Positions 49,051 through 59,167 of a DNA stretch of 64,000 bases are shown in pieces. Below the pieces are notes generated by a model that was given only the letters and a program-made list of their open reading frames with translations, ran no database searches and was not told the DNA's origin. Within the stretch, counting starts at the first letter, position 1. Every line of letters starts with the position of its first letter. A program made the position numbers and the translations under genes. The stretch comes from Chthoniobacteraceae bacterium (lineage in GTDB: Bacteria; Verrucomicrobiota; Verrucomicrobiia; Chthoniobacterales; Chthoniobacteraceae), in the NCBI GenBank assembly GCA_031409335.1, contig JANNWY010000071.1, forward strand, positions 14,440 to 78,439, written 5' to 3'.

Positions 49051-50391
49051 ATGAACGCTTCACCATTGGAAAGACCCTCTTCACCCAGCCCGCTGCCCGA
49101 GTTCACGCGGATCGCCGTGATCGGCCTAGGCTATGTCGGACTCCCCTTGTCCCTGCAATTTGCCCGGTGTGGGGTGAAAGTTATCGGACTCGATATCGAC
49201 GCCGGAAAGGTGGAGTCGCTGATTGGCGGTCGCAGCTACATCAAGCACATCGCATCGGAAGCAGTGGCCCAGTTTAGCAAGAGTGGCTGCTTTTCGGCGT
49301 CCACGGACTTTTCGCTGGTGAGGGATGTTGAAGCAGTGGTGATCTGTGTGCCAACGCCCCTGAGCAAGAACCGCGAGCCGGACATCTCCTACGTGTTGAG
49401 CACGGGACGGGCAATCGCTCCCCATCTTGCAAAAGGCGCGCTCGTTGTGTTGGAATCGACCACTTATCCCGGGACGACCGATCAGGATTTGCGCGAGTTA
49501 CTCGAAGCAGGCTCCGGGATGACGGCGGGGGTCGATTTCCATCTCGCCTTTTCACCGGAGCGGGAAGATCCCGGAAATGCGGATAGCAAAGTGGGGATCG
49601 TGCCGAAAGTCATCGGCGGCTACACTCCGGCCTGCCTTGAACGGGCGATGGCGCTCTATGGAAGGGCGGTGCAGTCGCTTGTGCCCGTTTCCTCGTGCCG
49701 CGTGGCGGAGGCGACAAAGCTGCTCGAAAACATTTTCCGCAGCGTCAATATCGCGCTCGTGAATGAGTTGAAGCTCGTTTATGCCGCGATGGGGATCGAC
49801 ATTTGGGAGGTGATTCGCGCTGCGAAAACCAAGCCGTTTGGATTCATGGCATTTTATCCCGGTCCGGGCTTGGGCGGGCATTGCATCCCGATTGATCCGT
49901 TCTATCTCACGTGGAAAGCGCGCGAGTATTCGCAGAATACGCGCTTCATCGAGCTGGCGGGCGAGATCAACACCGCGATGCCGCGGCATGTGATTGGCAG
50001 GGTGGTCGAAGCCTTGAATGCGAAACGCAAGGCATTGAATGGCGCGAAGGTGCTCGTCCTCGGCCTCGCCTACAAACCCAACGTCGAGGATGATCGCGAG
50101 TCTCCGAGCTATGCATTGATGGATTTGCTTGCTGATGGCGGGGCGGAAGTGGCCTATCACGATCCGTATGTCCCCGCGATTAAGCCAACGCGGGAGCATT
50201 CGCACTGGGCAGGGACGCAATCGGTTGCCTGGGATGCGACTGTGATCGCCTCATTCGACGTGGTGCTCGTGGCGACTGCGCATGCTTGCGTGAACTATCA
50301 GGAACTCGCGGATTTCGCGCAGTGCATCGTCGATACGCGCAATGCACTTGCCGGAATTCAGGTCGCATCGGGCAAAGTCTGGAAGGCGTAA
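49051..50391 (+). CDS. Nucleotide-sugar 6-dehydrogenase (WbpA/WecC-like)
   Basis: IGLGYVGLP, ICVPTP, ESTTYPGTT, SPEREDPG, GGHCIPIDP, GLAYK. Confidence 0.92.
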   Translation: MNASPLERPSSPSPLPEFTRIAVIGLGYVGLPLSLQFARCGVKVIGLDIDAGKVESLIGGRSYIKHIASEAVAQFSKSGCFSASTDFSLVRDVEAVVICVPTPLSKNREPDISYVLSTGRAIAPHLAKGALVVLESTTYPGTTDQDLRELLEAGSGMTAGVDFHLAFSPEREDPGNADSKVGIVPKVIGGYTPACLERAMALYGRAVQSLVPVSSCRVAEATKLLENIFRSVNIALVNELKLVYAAMGIDIWEVIRAAKTKPFGFMAFYPGPGLGGHCIPIDPFYLTWKAREYSQNTRFIELAGEINTAMPRHVIGRVVEALNAKRKALNGAKVLVLGLAYKPNVEDDRESPSYALMDLLADGGAEVAYHDPYVPAIKPTREHSHWAGTQSVAWDATVIASFDVVLVATAHACVNYQELADFAQCIVDTRNALAGIQVASGKVWKA

Positions 50392-50417
50392 AATTGCGCC
50401 GCATTCGGAGCCGCAGC

Positions 50418-51395
50418 GTGAAAGCAGAACCGATTTTAACTCCTTTGAAAAACCCTGGCGAGGCAGCGCTTGAAAAGGATGCGCCATCAGCCGGGGGCAG
50501 GGGCATCCGGTTCCGTCTGATCCTTCTGCTCTCCTTTGCCGCGGTTCTCTCCGTTGCATACGGACGATCACTCATTCAATTGATCGCCTATGCCGCTGAA
50601 GAATCGCTGCACTCGCACATTCTGCTGGTCCCGCTGATTTCCGGCTATCTGATCTATCTTCAACGCCAAATCCTTCCACGATTCTGCCAGACTTCTCCGG
50701 CTCCAGCCGCGCTCGCGCTGGCCGTAGGCTTGCTTGTCTTGGGAGCGGGGTTGCGATTGCGACCAGAACTCAGTCATGGCGACTTCCTGTCGTTTTGCGC
50801 GTTCTCATATGTCTGCCTGCTGATCGCGGGAGCACTACTCACCCTTGGTGGGAAGTGGATGATGGCCATCGCCTTTCCCGTGGCGTTTCTGTATTTCATC
50901 GTGCCATTGCCAGACGCCGCTGTGAATTGGTTGGAGACAGCATTGAAGTTCGCTTCGGCGGACGCGGCGAACGTCCTTTTTAGCATTACCGGCTCCACGG
51001 TGTTTCGTGAAGGATTGGTATTCCAGCTCCCCGGCATCACGCTCGAAGTTGCCCAGGAATGCAGTGGCATTCGATCCAGTTGGGTGCTTTTTATCACCTC
51101 CCTTGTTGCTTCTTACGTGTTGCTGAGGAGTTCTTGGCGGCGTGCGGCGATACTGCTTCTGGTGCTTCCGCTGGCGGTGTTTCGCAATGCATTCCGCATC
51201 TTGGTGATCGGACTACTCTGCATCCATATCGGGCCGCATATGATTCATAGCTTCCTGCATACGAACGGTGGGCCGGTGTTTTTTGGGCTTTCATTAGTCC
51301 CGCTCTTTCTGTTGCTATGGTGGCTGCGAAGGGGAGAAACATCCTTTGCGGTCCAGAAAAAACATCATGAACACATCACGCCATCAGCCAAATAG
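50418..51395 (+). CDS. Exosortase, stand-alone with no EpsI domain; probably the VPDSG-CTERM-specific XrtC type
   Basis: About 8 TM helices; SHILLVP..S; catalytic Cys in VAQECSGIRS, Arg in NAFRI and His in FLHTNGG; start uncertain (GTG 50418). Confidence 0.85.
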   Translation: MKAEPILTPLKNPGEAALEKDAPSAGGRGIRFRLILLLSFAAVLSVAYGRSLIQLIAYAAEESLHSHILLVPLISGYLIYLQRQILPRFCQTSPAPAALALAVGLLVLGAGLRLRPELSHGDFLSFCAFSYVCLLIAGALLTLGGKWMMAIAFPVAFLYFIVPLPDAAVNWLETALKFASADAANVLFSITGSTVFREGLVFQLPGITLEVAQECSGIRSSWVLFITSLVASYVLLRSSWRRAAILLLVLPLAVFRNAFRILVIGLLCIHIGPHMIHSFLHTNGGPVFFGLSLVPLFLLLWWLRRGETSFAVQKKHHEHITPSAK

Positions 51396-52023
51396 CACGA
51401 TCACGATCCCAGCCAAAGAGGGTTGGTCCTGTGTCCGCATCGTTGGACATCTCGCACTAGCTCTCGCGCTTTTGTGCATGGGCTGTGAAACCCCGCGCGC
51501 GAATACGCCAATCGCGCAATCATCCGCGCAAAAATCTGTCGTGCTCTCGCCCGGCGATGTGCTTGCCATCTCGTTCCCAGCTACTCCCGAGTTGAATCAA
51601 ACGGAGAAAATCCGCCCGGATGGGATGATCAACCTGCCGCAGGTGGGAAGGGTGAAAGCCGCAGGCAAAAGCCCCGATGCTTTGCAGATTGACCTGACCG
51701 ATCTCTACCGGCCAAAGCTGCGGAATGCCGCAGTCGTGGTCGGACTGCAAAGGAGCGGTGCGGTGGTTTATGTCTCGGGAGCGGTGAACCGGCCGGGGAG
51801 AGTGAGCATGGAGCGGCCATTGACTGCGTTTGAAGCCATCATGGAATCGGGTGGATTCTCGCCGGGGCTGGCAAATCCGAGGAAGGTGATTCTGGTGAGG
51901 CAGTCGAATGGGCGGCAACAGACGCAAATCCTCGATTTGAGTCCTGCGCTCCGCAATGAGGTGGGCGATGCGTTTTACCTCAATCCGTATGATAGTCTCA
52001 TTGTTCAGGAGAAGATGTTTTAA
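51367..52023 (+). CDS. wza: Polysaccharide export lipoprotein (Wza-like, Poly_export + SLBB)
   Basis: Lipobox LCMG-C; LSPGDVL...IRPDGMINLPQVG.V.AAG; VYVSGAV.RPG. Confidence 0.85.
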   Translation: MNTSRHQPNSTITIPAKEGWSCVRIVGHLALALALLCMGCETPRANTPIAQSSAQKSVVLSPGDVLAISFPATPELNQTEKIRPDGMINLPQVGRVKAAGKSPDALQIDLTDLYRPKLRNAAVVVGLQRSGAVVYVSGAVNRPGRVSMERPLTAFEAIMESGGFSPGLANPRKVILVRQSNGRQQTQILDLSPALRNEVGDAFYLNPYDSLIVQEKMF

Positions 52024-52125
52024 GGCCGAGGTATTCATTCGTTTCGCAGGCAACTTAAGACAGGACCATATCGGGTGACTCTTCGAACCGTTCCTTCCAC
52101 CAACCGCGGGCATCGGTATCCCGAT

Positions 52126-53676
52126 ATGATGGGTGTCGCGCTAGTGCTGGCTGTCGCGCTGACATGCTCCGGATTGGGCCAGGAAACAGATCCTGAGACT
52201 CCGGCTCCGGTGACTCCCCCCGAGCTTCCGGATGCGGCGGCAAAATTGCCGGAACCAGGCGAGCCGGGAATGCCAGACGATGGCACTCTGACTCCTGAAC
52301 TGCCGCTTGGTGCGATCCCGGTTCGTGACTTTCGCAGGATTGCTCCGCAGAATCTTCAGGAGTGGATGGAGGAGGAGTCAGCCGAACCGACACCAGTCAC
52401 GGAGCCACCCACATCCGAATCTTCCACCGAGACCAACCCGGATTTTTCGCGCGATGTGGCGATGAATCAGGCGTTGAGCACTGGTGAGACTTTATTGGGC
52501 AGCCTCGGTGGATTGGGCGATTCGTTGACTTCGCCGTTTTTGATCGGAGCGCCGTTTGTTCCCCTTGGAGATTCCGCAGCGCAGCCGCTCCGCCCGATTC
52601 GGTGGGGATCGCTGGACTTGAGCGGTCGCGCCACGCTGGGAGTGGTTGGCAGCCATTTCAATGGGTTGCAGAACGGGGATGATTTTTCCACTTCCGGCCT
52701 CTTTCAGGGAGGCATCTCGGCGCACCTTGGACGATCGAGCCTGTCTTCACTGTGGCTGTCTTACGACCTCGGAATCATCTATCCGGAAAGCGCCGCGCAG
52801 AGCAGGCAGGGCGGAGGCGGCGATGGTGCCAGCGGCTTGGATCAATCGTTCTCGCTCATGGCGAAGGTGGTTTTCCCAGAGCTGAGACGAGTGGAATTTC
52901 TGCTGGGAATAAAGTATGCGAGCCTGTCCGGTATCGAACGCGATACCGGTAACGGGGCCAAGCGGCAGATCGCCACGGCGTCCTTCTCGACGAACTATAA
53001 ATACAGCGCGAAGACATCCTTTAACTGTTCCTTCTCGGTGCCGATCCGCAGCTTCAGCGATGCGGTGAGTTCCACTGGAGCTACCAGCACTTTTTTTGTG
53101 ACCAATCAAGTCACGCGAAAAAGTAGCGTTGGGCTTGGCTACACGTTTGGCACGCTCGATGTGGAGAATGGGAACGATCAAGTCTTCCAGCAAGTGCTGG
53201 TGCGGACGACCTTGGTGCCCACCCGTTTCGTCCTGGTCGATGGGACTGTGGGTATCGACTTCCGGGATCAGGGCGACACTTTCTCGACGGCACCCATCTT
53301 TGGCCTGAGCGCCACGTGGGATTCGCGACAGGGGACTTCGATTTCTCTCGCCGCCGAACGCCGGATCTTCAATGCGGCCTCATCCATCAATACAAACTTC
53401 ACGAGTTCCAGCGTGGTGCTGCGGCTGGGTCAGCGGCTGAGGTGGGGAGTCATCGGGCTGCTCTCCGGCGGGTATGAGTACACGGAATATGAAAGCACTG
53501 GCACTGGCGGTCAGGGGAGTCGCAAAGACAAACTGTTTTACTTTTCGGGGACGGTGGTGAAGCCACTGACCCGGCACTGGAATTGTGCGTTGAATGTTTC
53601 GGTCGGGAAAAACGAATCCGAAGTGAACCCGTTCGATTACTTCCAGACGACCTTCAAAACGTCTGTGGAGTTTTAA
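52126..53676 (+). CDS. Outer-membrane beta-barrel protein with a Pro/Glu-rich N-terminal region
   Basis: Signal peptide, acidic low-complexity linker, alternating beta-strand pattern and terminal Phe (TSVEF); follows wza. Confidence 0.75.
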   Translation: MMGVALVLAVALTCSGLGQETDPETPAPVTPPELPDAAAKLPEPGEPGMPDDGTLTPELPLGAIPVRDFRRIAPQNLQEWMEEESAEPTPVTEPPTSESSTETNPDFSRDVAMNQALSTGETLLGSLGGLGDSLTSPFLIGAPFVPLGDSAAQPLRPIRWGSLDLSGRATLGVVGSHFNGLQNGDDFSTSGLFQGGISAHLGRSSLSSLWLSYDLGIIYPESAAQSRQGGGGDGASGLDQSFSLMAKVVFPELRRVEFLLGIKYASLSGIERDTGNGAKRQIATASFSTNYKYSAKTSFNCSFSVPIRSFSDAVSSTGATSTFFVTNQVTRKSSVGLGYTFGTLDVENGNDQVFQQVLVRTTLVPTRFVLVDGTVGIDFRDQGDTFSTAPIFGLSATWDSRQGTSISLAAERRIFNAASSINTNFTSSSVVLRLGQRLRWGVIGLLSGGYEYTEYESTGTGGQGSRKDKLFYFSGTVVKPLTRHWNCALNVSVGKNESEVNPFDYFQTTFKTSVEF

Positions 53677-53721
53677 GACCCTTGCGGAGTCCGTGCGGCC
53701 GGACCGCAAACCCATCAGCCA

Positions 53722-55824
53722 GTGAGCGCCAACATCCTCCTCGCCTATGCGGGCGCACTTTTCTGCGGAGCGCTGGCGGCGGCTGCCATCGTTTCCCGCC
53801 GCCGCTCGGCAGCAGGCTGGTTCTTCTTTTTTGGAATGGCGGCGCTTGCGGTGGTAAGTGCGCTGAATGGGCAATGCGCACGGGCGGACCGGCCCGAGGA
53901 GATCGCCTACTGGCAGAACATGGCGTTCGCGATGAAGGCGTTTCTTCCCGGCATCTGGCTGAGTTTCTCCGTCGTCTATTCCCGCGGAGATTTCCGGGAA
54001 TGGCTTTCGCGGTGGCGTCTCGCCATCGTCCTTTCGTTTGTCCTCCCGATCGGGCTGGCTTTGGCGAATCTCGGCGGGCTGCTCTCGCTCGTGAGCAATC
54101 CGGATGCGGACGGCGCGTGGTGGCTGAAATTCTCCGGCGCGGCGAAGCTGCTCAATGGGCTGCTGCTGATCGGCATGGTTTTGATCCTGATGAATCTGGA
54201 GCGCACCTTTCGCGCGGCAGTGGGGACGATGCGGTGGCGGATCAAATTCCTGATCCTCGGACTGACCGCGATCTTTGGGGTCGGCATTTATACGCAAAGC
54301 CAGGCGCTGCTTTTTCCCGGCTACAATCCCGAGTGGGCGCAGTTGGAAACGGTCGCACTGCTCGTCGGATGCTCGCTGATGGCGATCGGTTATTTGCGGA
54401 GCGGTTTTGCGGAAAGCGACGTGTATCCGTCGCGCGCGGTGTTGCATCGTTCGCTCACGGTGCTGCTCGCGGGCGGGTATTTGCTGGCGATCGGTGTGCT
54501 GGCGCAGGTCGTGGTTTTTTTCGGCGGCCTGAAGAGCATTCAGACGCAGGCGTTCCTCGTGCTCGCCGGGCTGACGATCCTTGCGGTGGGGCTGCTTTCG
54601 GAGCGGTTCCGGCAGGGCGTCGGGCGGTTTGTCAGCGAGCATTTTCACCGGCCGGGTCATGATTCACGGGAAATCTGGACGCGGCTCACGGAGCGGACGG
54701 CGAACGTGCTGGATGAGCCAGGGCTGTGCGGTGCCACGGCGCGATTGATTTCGGAAACGTTTCAAATTCTTTCCGTCACGATCTGGCTGGCGGAGGAAAG
54801 CGCGGGGCGCTTCACGGTCGGCGGATCGAGCGCGCAGGCAATGGCGGAGGCTGCGCCAAGTGTGCCGGTGACGGGGCCGATTCGCGAGGGGCTGCTGCGG
54901 ATCGGACGCGCGTTTGATTTGGAAGAAACGCGGGAGCCGTGGGCCGAGCCGCTGAGGCAACTCGCGCTCACGAAATTCACCGGCGGCGGAAGTCGCCTCT
55001 GCGTCCCGCTCCGGAGCGGCGAGCGGCTGCTCGGTGTGGCGATGCTCGCGGATCGCGTGAACGGCGTGCCGTACACGACCGAGGAGCTGGAGCTGCTAAA
55101 ATGCATCGCCGATCAAATCGCGGCAGGGCTCGTGCGGATGCGGCTCACGGGCGAGCTGATGATGGCGAAGGAGTTGCAGGCGTTTCAGACGATGTCGGCC
55201 TTCTTCGTCCACGATTTGAAGAATGCCGCCTCGACGCTGAACCTGATGCTGCAAAACCTGCCGACGCATTTCGACGACCCGGAATTTCGCAAGGATGCGC
55301 TGAGTGGAATCGCGAGCACGGTCAAACGCATCAACGATCTCATCAGCCGGCTCGGCGCGCTGCGGAACCAACTCGAACTGAAACCCGTCGAGTGCGATCT
55401 CAACCAACTCGTCGGCGATGCGCTGCAAAGCATGAACGGCACGCTTGGCGTCGAAGTGCGGCGCGATTTGCATCCGCTCCCGACGATCGTCGCGGATCGC
55501 GAGCAAGTGCAAAGTGTGCTCGTGAATCTGCTGATGAACGCGCGCGACGCAGTCGGCAGCGGCGGCACGATCGAAGTCGCGACGAGCGAGCGCGACGGGC
55601 AGGCGATGCTTTCCGTCGCGGACAATGGCTGCGGCATGAGCGCGGCGTTCATGAAGGATTCGCTCTTTCGCCCGTTCCACAGCACCAAACAGAAGGGTCT
55701 CGGCATCGGTATGTTTCAGTCGAAAATGGTCGTCGAGGCGCATCGCGGAAACATCCAGGTCGAAAGTGAACCCGGCAAAGGCACGACATTCCGCGTGCTG
55801 CTCCCTTTGAAAGCGAACCCATGA
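53722..55824 (+). CDS. prsK: PEP-CTERM system sensor histidine kinase
   Basis: Multi-TM N-terminus, GAF-like region, H-box SAFFVHDLKN, HATPase motifs NLLMNA, DNGCGM and GLGIG. Confidence 0.88.
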   Translation: MSANILLAYAGALFCGALAAAAIVSRRRSAAGWFFFFGMAALAVVSALNGQCARADRPEEIAYWQNMAFAMKAFLPGIWLSFSVVYSRGDFREWLSRWRLAIVLSFVLPIGLALANLGGLLSLVSNPDADGAWWLKFSGAAKLLNGLLLIGMVLILMNLERTFRAAVGTMRWRIKFLILGLTAIFGVGIYTQSQALLFPGYNPEWAQLETVALLVGCSLMAIGYLRSGFAESDVYPSRAVLHRSLTVLLAGGYLLAIGVLAQVVVFFGGLKSIQTQAFLVLAGLTILAVGLLSERFRQGVGRFVSEHFHRPGHDSREIWTRLTERTANVLDEPGLCGATARLISETFQILSVTIWLAEESAGRFTVGGSSAQAMAEAAPSVPVTGPIREGLLRIGRAFDLEETREPWAEPLRQLALTKFTGGGSRLCVPLRSGERLLGVAMLADRVNGVPYTTEELELLKCIADQIAAGLVRMRLTGELMMAKELQAFQTMSAFFVHDLKNAASTLNLMLQNLPTHFDDPEFRKDALSGIASTVKRINDLISRLGALRNQLELKPVECDLNQLVGDALQSMNGTLGVEVRRDLHPLPTIVADREQVQSVLVNLLMNARDAVGSGGTIEVATSERDGQAMLSVADNGCGMSAAFMKDSLFRPFHSTKQKGLGIGMFQSKMVVEAHRGNIQVESEPGKGTTFRVLLPLKANP

Positions 55825-57176
55825 TGAAACCCCGATTGCTGCTCGTCGATGATGACACCGAAATTCGCACCCAAATGAAATGGGCACTCGCCGCCGATTA
55901 CGAAGTGGCGCAGGCCGGCGACCGCGCGAGTGCGCTGGAGGCTTTCAAAACGCACCGGCCATCCGCGGTGCTGCTCGATCTCGGCTTGCCACCGCGTCCG
56001 AACGAACCGGAGGAAGGTCTCGCCGCGCTGGCGGAAATCCTCGCGGTGGATCGCACGGCGAAAGTGCTTATCGTCTCCGGCCAGGGCGAAAAGGAAAACG
56101 CCCTGCGCGCGGTCGGCGCTGGCGCGTATGATTTTCTCTGCAAACCGATCGACCTCGATGAGCTGAAACTCGTGCTCCGCCGCTGCGTGTACGTGGCCGA
56201 TCTCGAGCGCGAGCACCGCGCCTTGCAGCAGAGCATCCGCACGGATGTGTTCGAGGGAATGCTCGGATCGAGCACGCAGATGCAGGCGGTCTTTGGCATG
56301 ATCCGCAAAGTCGCCGCGAGCGGCGCGCCAGTGCTGCTGCTGGGTGAAAGCGGCACGGGCAAGGAAATGGCGGCGGCGGCGATTCATCGGCGCAGCACAC
56401 GGAAAGACATGCCGTTCGTCGCGATCAATTGCAGCGCGATTCCCGAGAACCTGATCGAGAGCGAACTTTTCGGGCATGAAAAAGGCGCGTTCACCGGCGC
56501 GCAGGCGCAGCGCAAAGGGCTGCTGGAGAGCGCGGCAGGCGGCACGCTTTTTCTCGATGAGATCGGCGATTTGCCCGCGCCGATTCAGGTGAAACTCCTG
56601 CGCTTTCTCCAGGAGCAGACTTTTCTCCGAGTCGGCGGACGGCAGGAAATCCAGATCGACACACGCATCGTGGCGGCGACGAATGCGGACCTCAAGCAGT
56701 CGGTGGCGAAGGGCGCGTTTCGCGAGGATTTGTATTTTCGACTCGCGGTGATCGTCGTGAATCTGCCGCCGCTGCGCGAGCGCGGGGAGGATTTTGCGGT
56801 GGTCGCGCAGGCGTTTCTCGATCGCTTCGCCACGGAAAATGCGAAGAGCGGCCTGAGCTTTGCGCCGGATGCGCTGCGCGCGATGCTGCGGCACGCATGG
56901 CCGGGCAATGTGCGGGAATTGCAAAACCGCATCCAGCGCGGCGTGATCATGGCCGACGGAAAACGCCTCACCGCGGCCGACCTCGATCTCGCAGACGCCA
57001 GCGACGCAGCTGCCGTGAGCACACTCAAGGAGGCGCGCGACGGCCTCGATCGCGAGATGGTGCAGCGCGCGCTGAAGCGCCACGGCGGGAAGATCGCCCC
57101 GGCAGCGATGGAGCTTGGGATCAGCCGACCCACTTTTTACGAGCTGATGGAAAAGCTCGGGATCGCGAAGGAATAA
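55821..57176 (+). CDS. prsR: PEP-CTERM system sigma-54 response regulator
   Basis: REC domain LLDLGLPP, Walker A GESGTGKE, GAFTGA, FLDEIG, WPGNVREL and Fis-type HTH LGISRPTFYELM. Confidence 0.9.
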   Translation: MMKPRLLLVDDDTEIRTQMKWALAADYEVAQAGDRASALEAFKTHRPSAVLLDLGLPPRPNEPEEGLAALAEILAVDRTAKVLIVSGQGEKENALRAVGAGAYDFLCKPIDLDELKLVLRRCVYVADLEREHRALQQSIRTDVFEGMLGSSTQMQAVFGMIRKVAASGAPVLLLGESGTGKEMAAAAIHRRSTRKDMPFVAINCSAIPENLIESELFGHEKGAFTGAQAQRKGLLESAAGGTLFLDEIGDLPAPIQVKLLRFLQEQTFLRVGGRQEIQIDTRIVAATNADLKQSVAKGAFREDLYFRLAVIVVNLPPLRERGEDFAVVAQAFLDRFATENAKSGLSFAPDALRAMLRHAWPGNVRELQNRIQRGVIMADGKRLTAADLDLADASDAAAVSTLKEARDGLDREMVQRALKRHGGKIAPAAMELGISRPTFYELMEKLGIAKE

Positions 57177-57205
57177 AACGTCTGCGTACGCATAGTATAA
57201 GCGAG

Positions 57206-59017
57206 TTGACCATCCTCCACGCGGAGGGCATCGGTGCATGGGAGGAGAGCCTTTGTTCCTTGGCGAACTTCATGGGCGTCCCAGCCGTGCATCTGCGTCT
57301 CGCGGAGGCTGGCTCGGGTGCGGAGGAGTTCTTGCGAGTCCTTTCCAAAGCGGGGGCCGTGGCCATGAGTGCCGAGACTTTGGCTGCCATCGAAAAACTC
57401 GGCCTTGTCCCGGCGGATTTCGCGCGATTGGGCGACAGTCCCTTGAAGGGCGTTTTGGTCTATGGGTATCGCGCGAGCGCGCATCATGCCGAACTGGCGA
57501 AGCGGTGGAGCGATGGCGCGGTGCGAGCGATGGAACCGCTCCAGGGTGCCACCCGATGCTCGTTTCCCGGCACGGGGAAAGCGCACGCCCGGCAGCTTGC
57601 CGGGTGCGAATTTAACCGGGCACCAGCCACCGCGGACTGCTGTTTCGATGTCGTCGCGGGATCGAATGTGGAAACGCTCATGGAGTTGGCGGCCCGGCCC
57701 GTTTTCATCCGGACGAATCGTTGCGGGGCGCCGTGGTTTCATTGGGCGGGGGGCGATTCGATCGCGGATCCGAACGAGAGCATTCACGAAGACACACTCA
57801 TGCGCCGATGCGAGCGCCTGGTGCCGCCGATCATGTTTTTGCGCGCCGCGTTCCCGAATGCCTGCTGGGAGAATCCCGTCCGGACAGCACGAGTGATTAT
57901 TGATGATCCATTGCTCCGGGAAAGTTATGGGTTCCTGAACTACCACGACTTGTTCAAATCGCAGGCGCGCCTGCGCTACGGGGTCACCACTGCGTTCATC
58001 CCGTGGAACTATCGCCGCACGTCGCGGAAAGCTGCCCGCGTTTTTTCGGAACATCATCCGTCGCACTCGATCTGCGTGCATGGGTGCGACCACAGCAACA
58101 ACGAATTCGGCGTGACCGACGAGAACCTGCTCGACCGCAAGTCGCAGGCTTCCGTCGCGCGCATGGAGAATCATGAGCGGCAAACCGGCATTCCATGGGA
58201 TCGGGTGATGGTATTCCCCCAGGGAAAATTCACCACAGTCGCGATGAGGGCGGTGCGTCACGCTGGTTTTCTCGCAGTGGTGAATTCCACCCGCATCGCC
58301 GCCAATCACAACGGGAGCGATTCGTCGTTGGGTGAAGAGCTCTTGCCCGCGACGAACCGGTATGCTGGCCTGCCAATCTTCGCCCGCCGCGATCCGACCC
58401 AAATGACCGCTTACGCGCTGGATTTGTTTCTCGGGAAACCCGTGCATGTCGTGGAGCACCACGATTGGTTTGCGAAAGGATGCGATGATTTGGAGGAGTG
58501 CGTGCGGTTTTTGAAGAAGATCGAGCCCGCGCTGGCGTGGCCGTCGCTGGCCGAATCGCTGCCGCGACAGCATTTGCGAAGGCAAGGTGGCGATGGCAAA
58601 TGCCACGTCCGCTTTTTTACATCGCAGTTTGAGTTTGAAAGCCCGGACTCCCGCGCGCGTTCGTTCCTTTTCACCCGACCCGAGCCGGAAGAGTGCCGGG
58701 TGAAGAGCGTGCGGGTGGGAGGCGCGGAGGTTCCTTTCACCCATCGCGATGGGTTTGTTGAGTTCGAGTGTGAGTTGGGTCCGAAGCAAAGAGTTTCCAT
58801 GCGGCTGCATGACTCGGCTCCGAATGAAAGTGCGTGGACACCCGGGCTGAAATACCGCGCCATGATCCACGTCCGGCGCAAACTCTCGGAGTTTCGCGAC
58901 AATCATCTGGTCAAACATCCCGCCCTTTTGCGCAGCGCCATCCAGGGCGTGCGCCGCCTGAAATGGTCCACGGATGGGAGGCATCCAAACGGTGTCCATC
59001 GAGAGGAAAAGACGTGA
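57206..59017 (+). CDS. Hypothetical protein with a deacetylase-like (NodB-type barrel) central domain
   Basis: ARVIIDDP, TTAFIPW, ICVHGCDH, MVFPQG; start uncertain (TTG 57206 is the first plausible in-frame start after prsR). Confidence 0.6.
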   Translation: MTILHAEGIGAWEESLCSLANFMGVPAVHLRLAEAGSGAEEFLRVLSKAGAVAMSAETLAAIEKLGLVPADFARLGDSPLKGVLVYGYRASAHHAELAKRWSDGAVRAMEPLQGATRCSFPGTGKAHARQLAGCEFNRAPATADCCFDVVAGSNVETLMELAARPVFIRTNRCGAPWFHWAGGDSIADPNESIHEDTLMRRCERLVPPIMFLRAAFPNACWENPVRTARVIIDDPLLRESYGFLNYHDLFKSQARLRYGVTTAFIPWNYRRTSRKAARVFSEHHPSHSICVHGCDHSNNEFGVTDENLLDRKSQASVARMENHERQTGIPWDRVMVFPQGKFTTVAMRAVRHAGFLAVVNSTRIAANHNGSDSSLGEELLPATNRYAGLPIFARRDPTQMTAYALDLFLGKPVHVVEHHDWFAKGCDDLEECVRFLKKIEPALAWPSLAESLPRQHLRRQGGDGKCHVRFFTSQFEFESPDSRARSFLFTRPEPEECRVKSVRVGGAEVPFTHRDGFVEFECELGPKQRVSMRLHDSAPNESAWTPGLKYRAMIHVRRKLSEFRDNHLVKHPALLRSAIQGVRRLKWSTDGRHPNGVHREEKT

Positions 59018-59167
59018 AAGCCGCAGCATCAACTATGACACATCGCAATCTTCAGCGACAAACGCGGCCTGCCATCAGTTGCAGGCTGCTCGCTTTCCTG
59101 CTTCAGAAACTGCATTCCCTCCGGGGCGCGCAATCCCAGCCGTTCGCAGCCACCACGATTTCACAAA

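Noticed and set aside
57137..59032. 631-aa antisense ORF
   Set aside because: Shadow of the + strand gene in a co-oriented operon; no recognisable motifs.
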